A stretch of 64,000 nucleotides of DNA, taken from positions 800,001-864,000 of the forward strand of contig CAWCNS010000005.1 of NCBI GenBank assembly GCA_963796965.1. The letters are read 5' to 3'. The position numbers and the translations under genes are program-made. The notes beneath the pieces were generated by a model. It searched no databases, was not told the origin of the DNA, and saw only the letters and a program-made list of their open reading frames with translations. Below are positions 63,364 through 64,000 of this stretch, piece by piece; the stretch's first letter is position 1; the number at the start of each line of letters is the position of its first letter. This DNA is from Calditrichia bacterium (GTDB lineage Bacteria; Calditrichota; Calditrichia; JAJRVZ01).

Positions 63364-64000
63364 ATGTCCTATTCCAGACGATCTTTTATAAAACATATGT
63401 CACTTGGCTTATCCTCTACCCTTTTCCTCAATAATTATCACCTCCATGCACAATCAGATGATATTTACATAACTGAGATTGATGTATTTCCTGTTGTATA
63501 TCCTATGATGGGACGGTTTAAATTTTTTGAAGATCCGAAAGGTGAAATGCAGGGCCGTGCTGCAGCAATTATAAAAATCACTGCAAGTGATGGCACATAT
63601 GGATGGGGAGAAAGTATTCCGATTCCCAGATGGAGTTATGAAACACTAGAATCTGTCACTACAACGATCCGAAATTATCTCAAGCCAGTATTGATTGGAC
63701 ATAATATTTTTGACCTTTTGGGTGCACATGAAATCATGAATCGCACAATCGCTGCTTCATTCTCTCCCGGTCAGCCAATAGCAAAGGCCGGTATCGATAT
63801 TGCATTGCACGATTTGATAGGTAAAATAAAAAAATTATCTTTATCGCAAATGTGGGGAAGGAAATCTGTTCAGAGAATTAAATTAAGCTGGACTTTGAAT
63901 CCAAAAAACCTGGGTGATGTTGATGAATTAATCGATGAGGGATGGCGAAACGGCTTTCGTAATTTTAATGTAAAGGTAGCACCCAATATTGACTATGATC
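63364..64000 (+). CDS. Tat-exported enolase-superfamily (mandelate racemase/muconate cycloisomerase-like) enzyme, runs off the window end
   Basis: Not in the ORF track; manual translation gives MSYSRRSFIK..'KITASDGTYGWGE'..'AKAGIDIALHDL.GK'..'FNVKV'. Confidence 0.8.
   Translation, partial: MSYSRRSFIKHMSLGLSSTLFLNNYHLHAQSDDIYITEIDVFPVVYPMMGRFKFFEDPKGEMQGRAAAIIKITASDGTYGWGESIPIPRWSYETLESVTTTIRNYLKPVLIGHNIFDLLGAHEIMNRTIAASFSPGQPIAKAGIDIALHDLIGKIKKLSLSQMWGRKSVQRIKLSWTLNPKNLGDVDELIDEGWRNGFRNFNVKVAPNIDYD

Overview
AT-rich bacterial genomic window, standard code 11, with about 60 genes. The glycan-degrading, Gram-negative, Tat-rich gene content suggests an FCB-affiliated lineage such as Calditrichota or KSB1 (inference only). 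Bases 311-13866 form a minus-strand sugar-acid locus: NanA, a NanM-like kelch/Na+ symporter fusion, a double esterase, GH95-like hydrolase, two URO-D-family proteins, RhaM and RhaT. The rest is a mostly plus-strand mosaic of hydrolases, GNATs, a PerR-rubrerythrin operon, rsgA, a short rho, a secreted Sec-type peroxiredoxin and a Tat-exported sugar oxidoreductase/isomerase/ThuA/sulfatase group. About 17 frame breaks interrupt otherwise intact genes, and most sit on AGCT, which suggests long-read miscalls at a methylated motif rather than real pseudogenes. Intergenic DNA is full of several families of paired REP-like repeats. No rRNA, tRNA, CRISPR array or intact transposase was seen. Best leads: a tandem HeH/SAP/Rho_N-like insertion inside the exported NanM propeller, the UGA-containing peroxiredoxin, URO-D-like proteins embedded in sugar catabolism, and the AGCT error signature. 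All family assignments come from motif recognition by eye, not from database searches.
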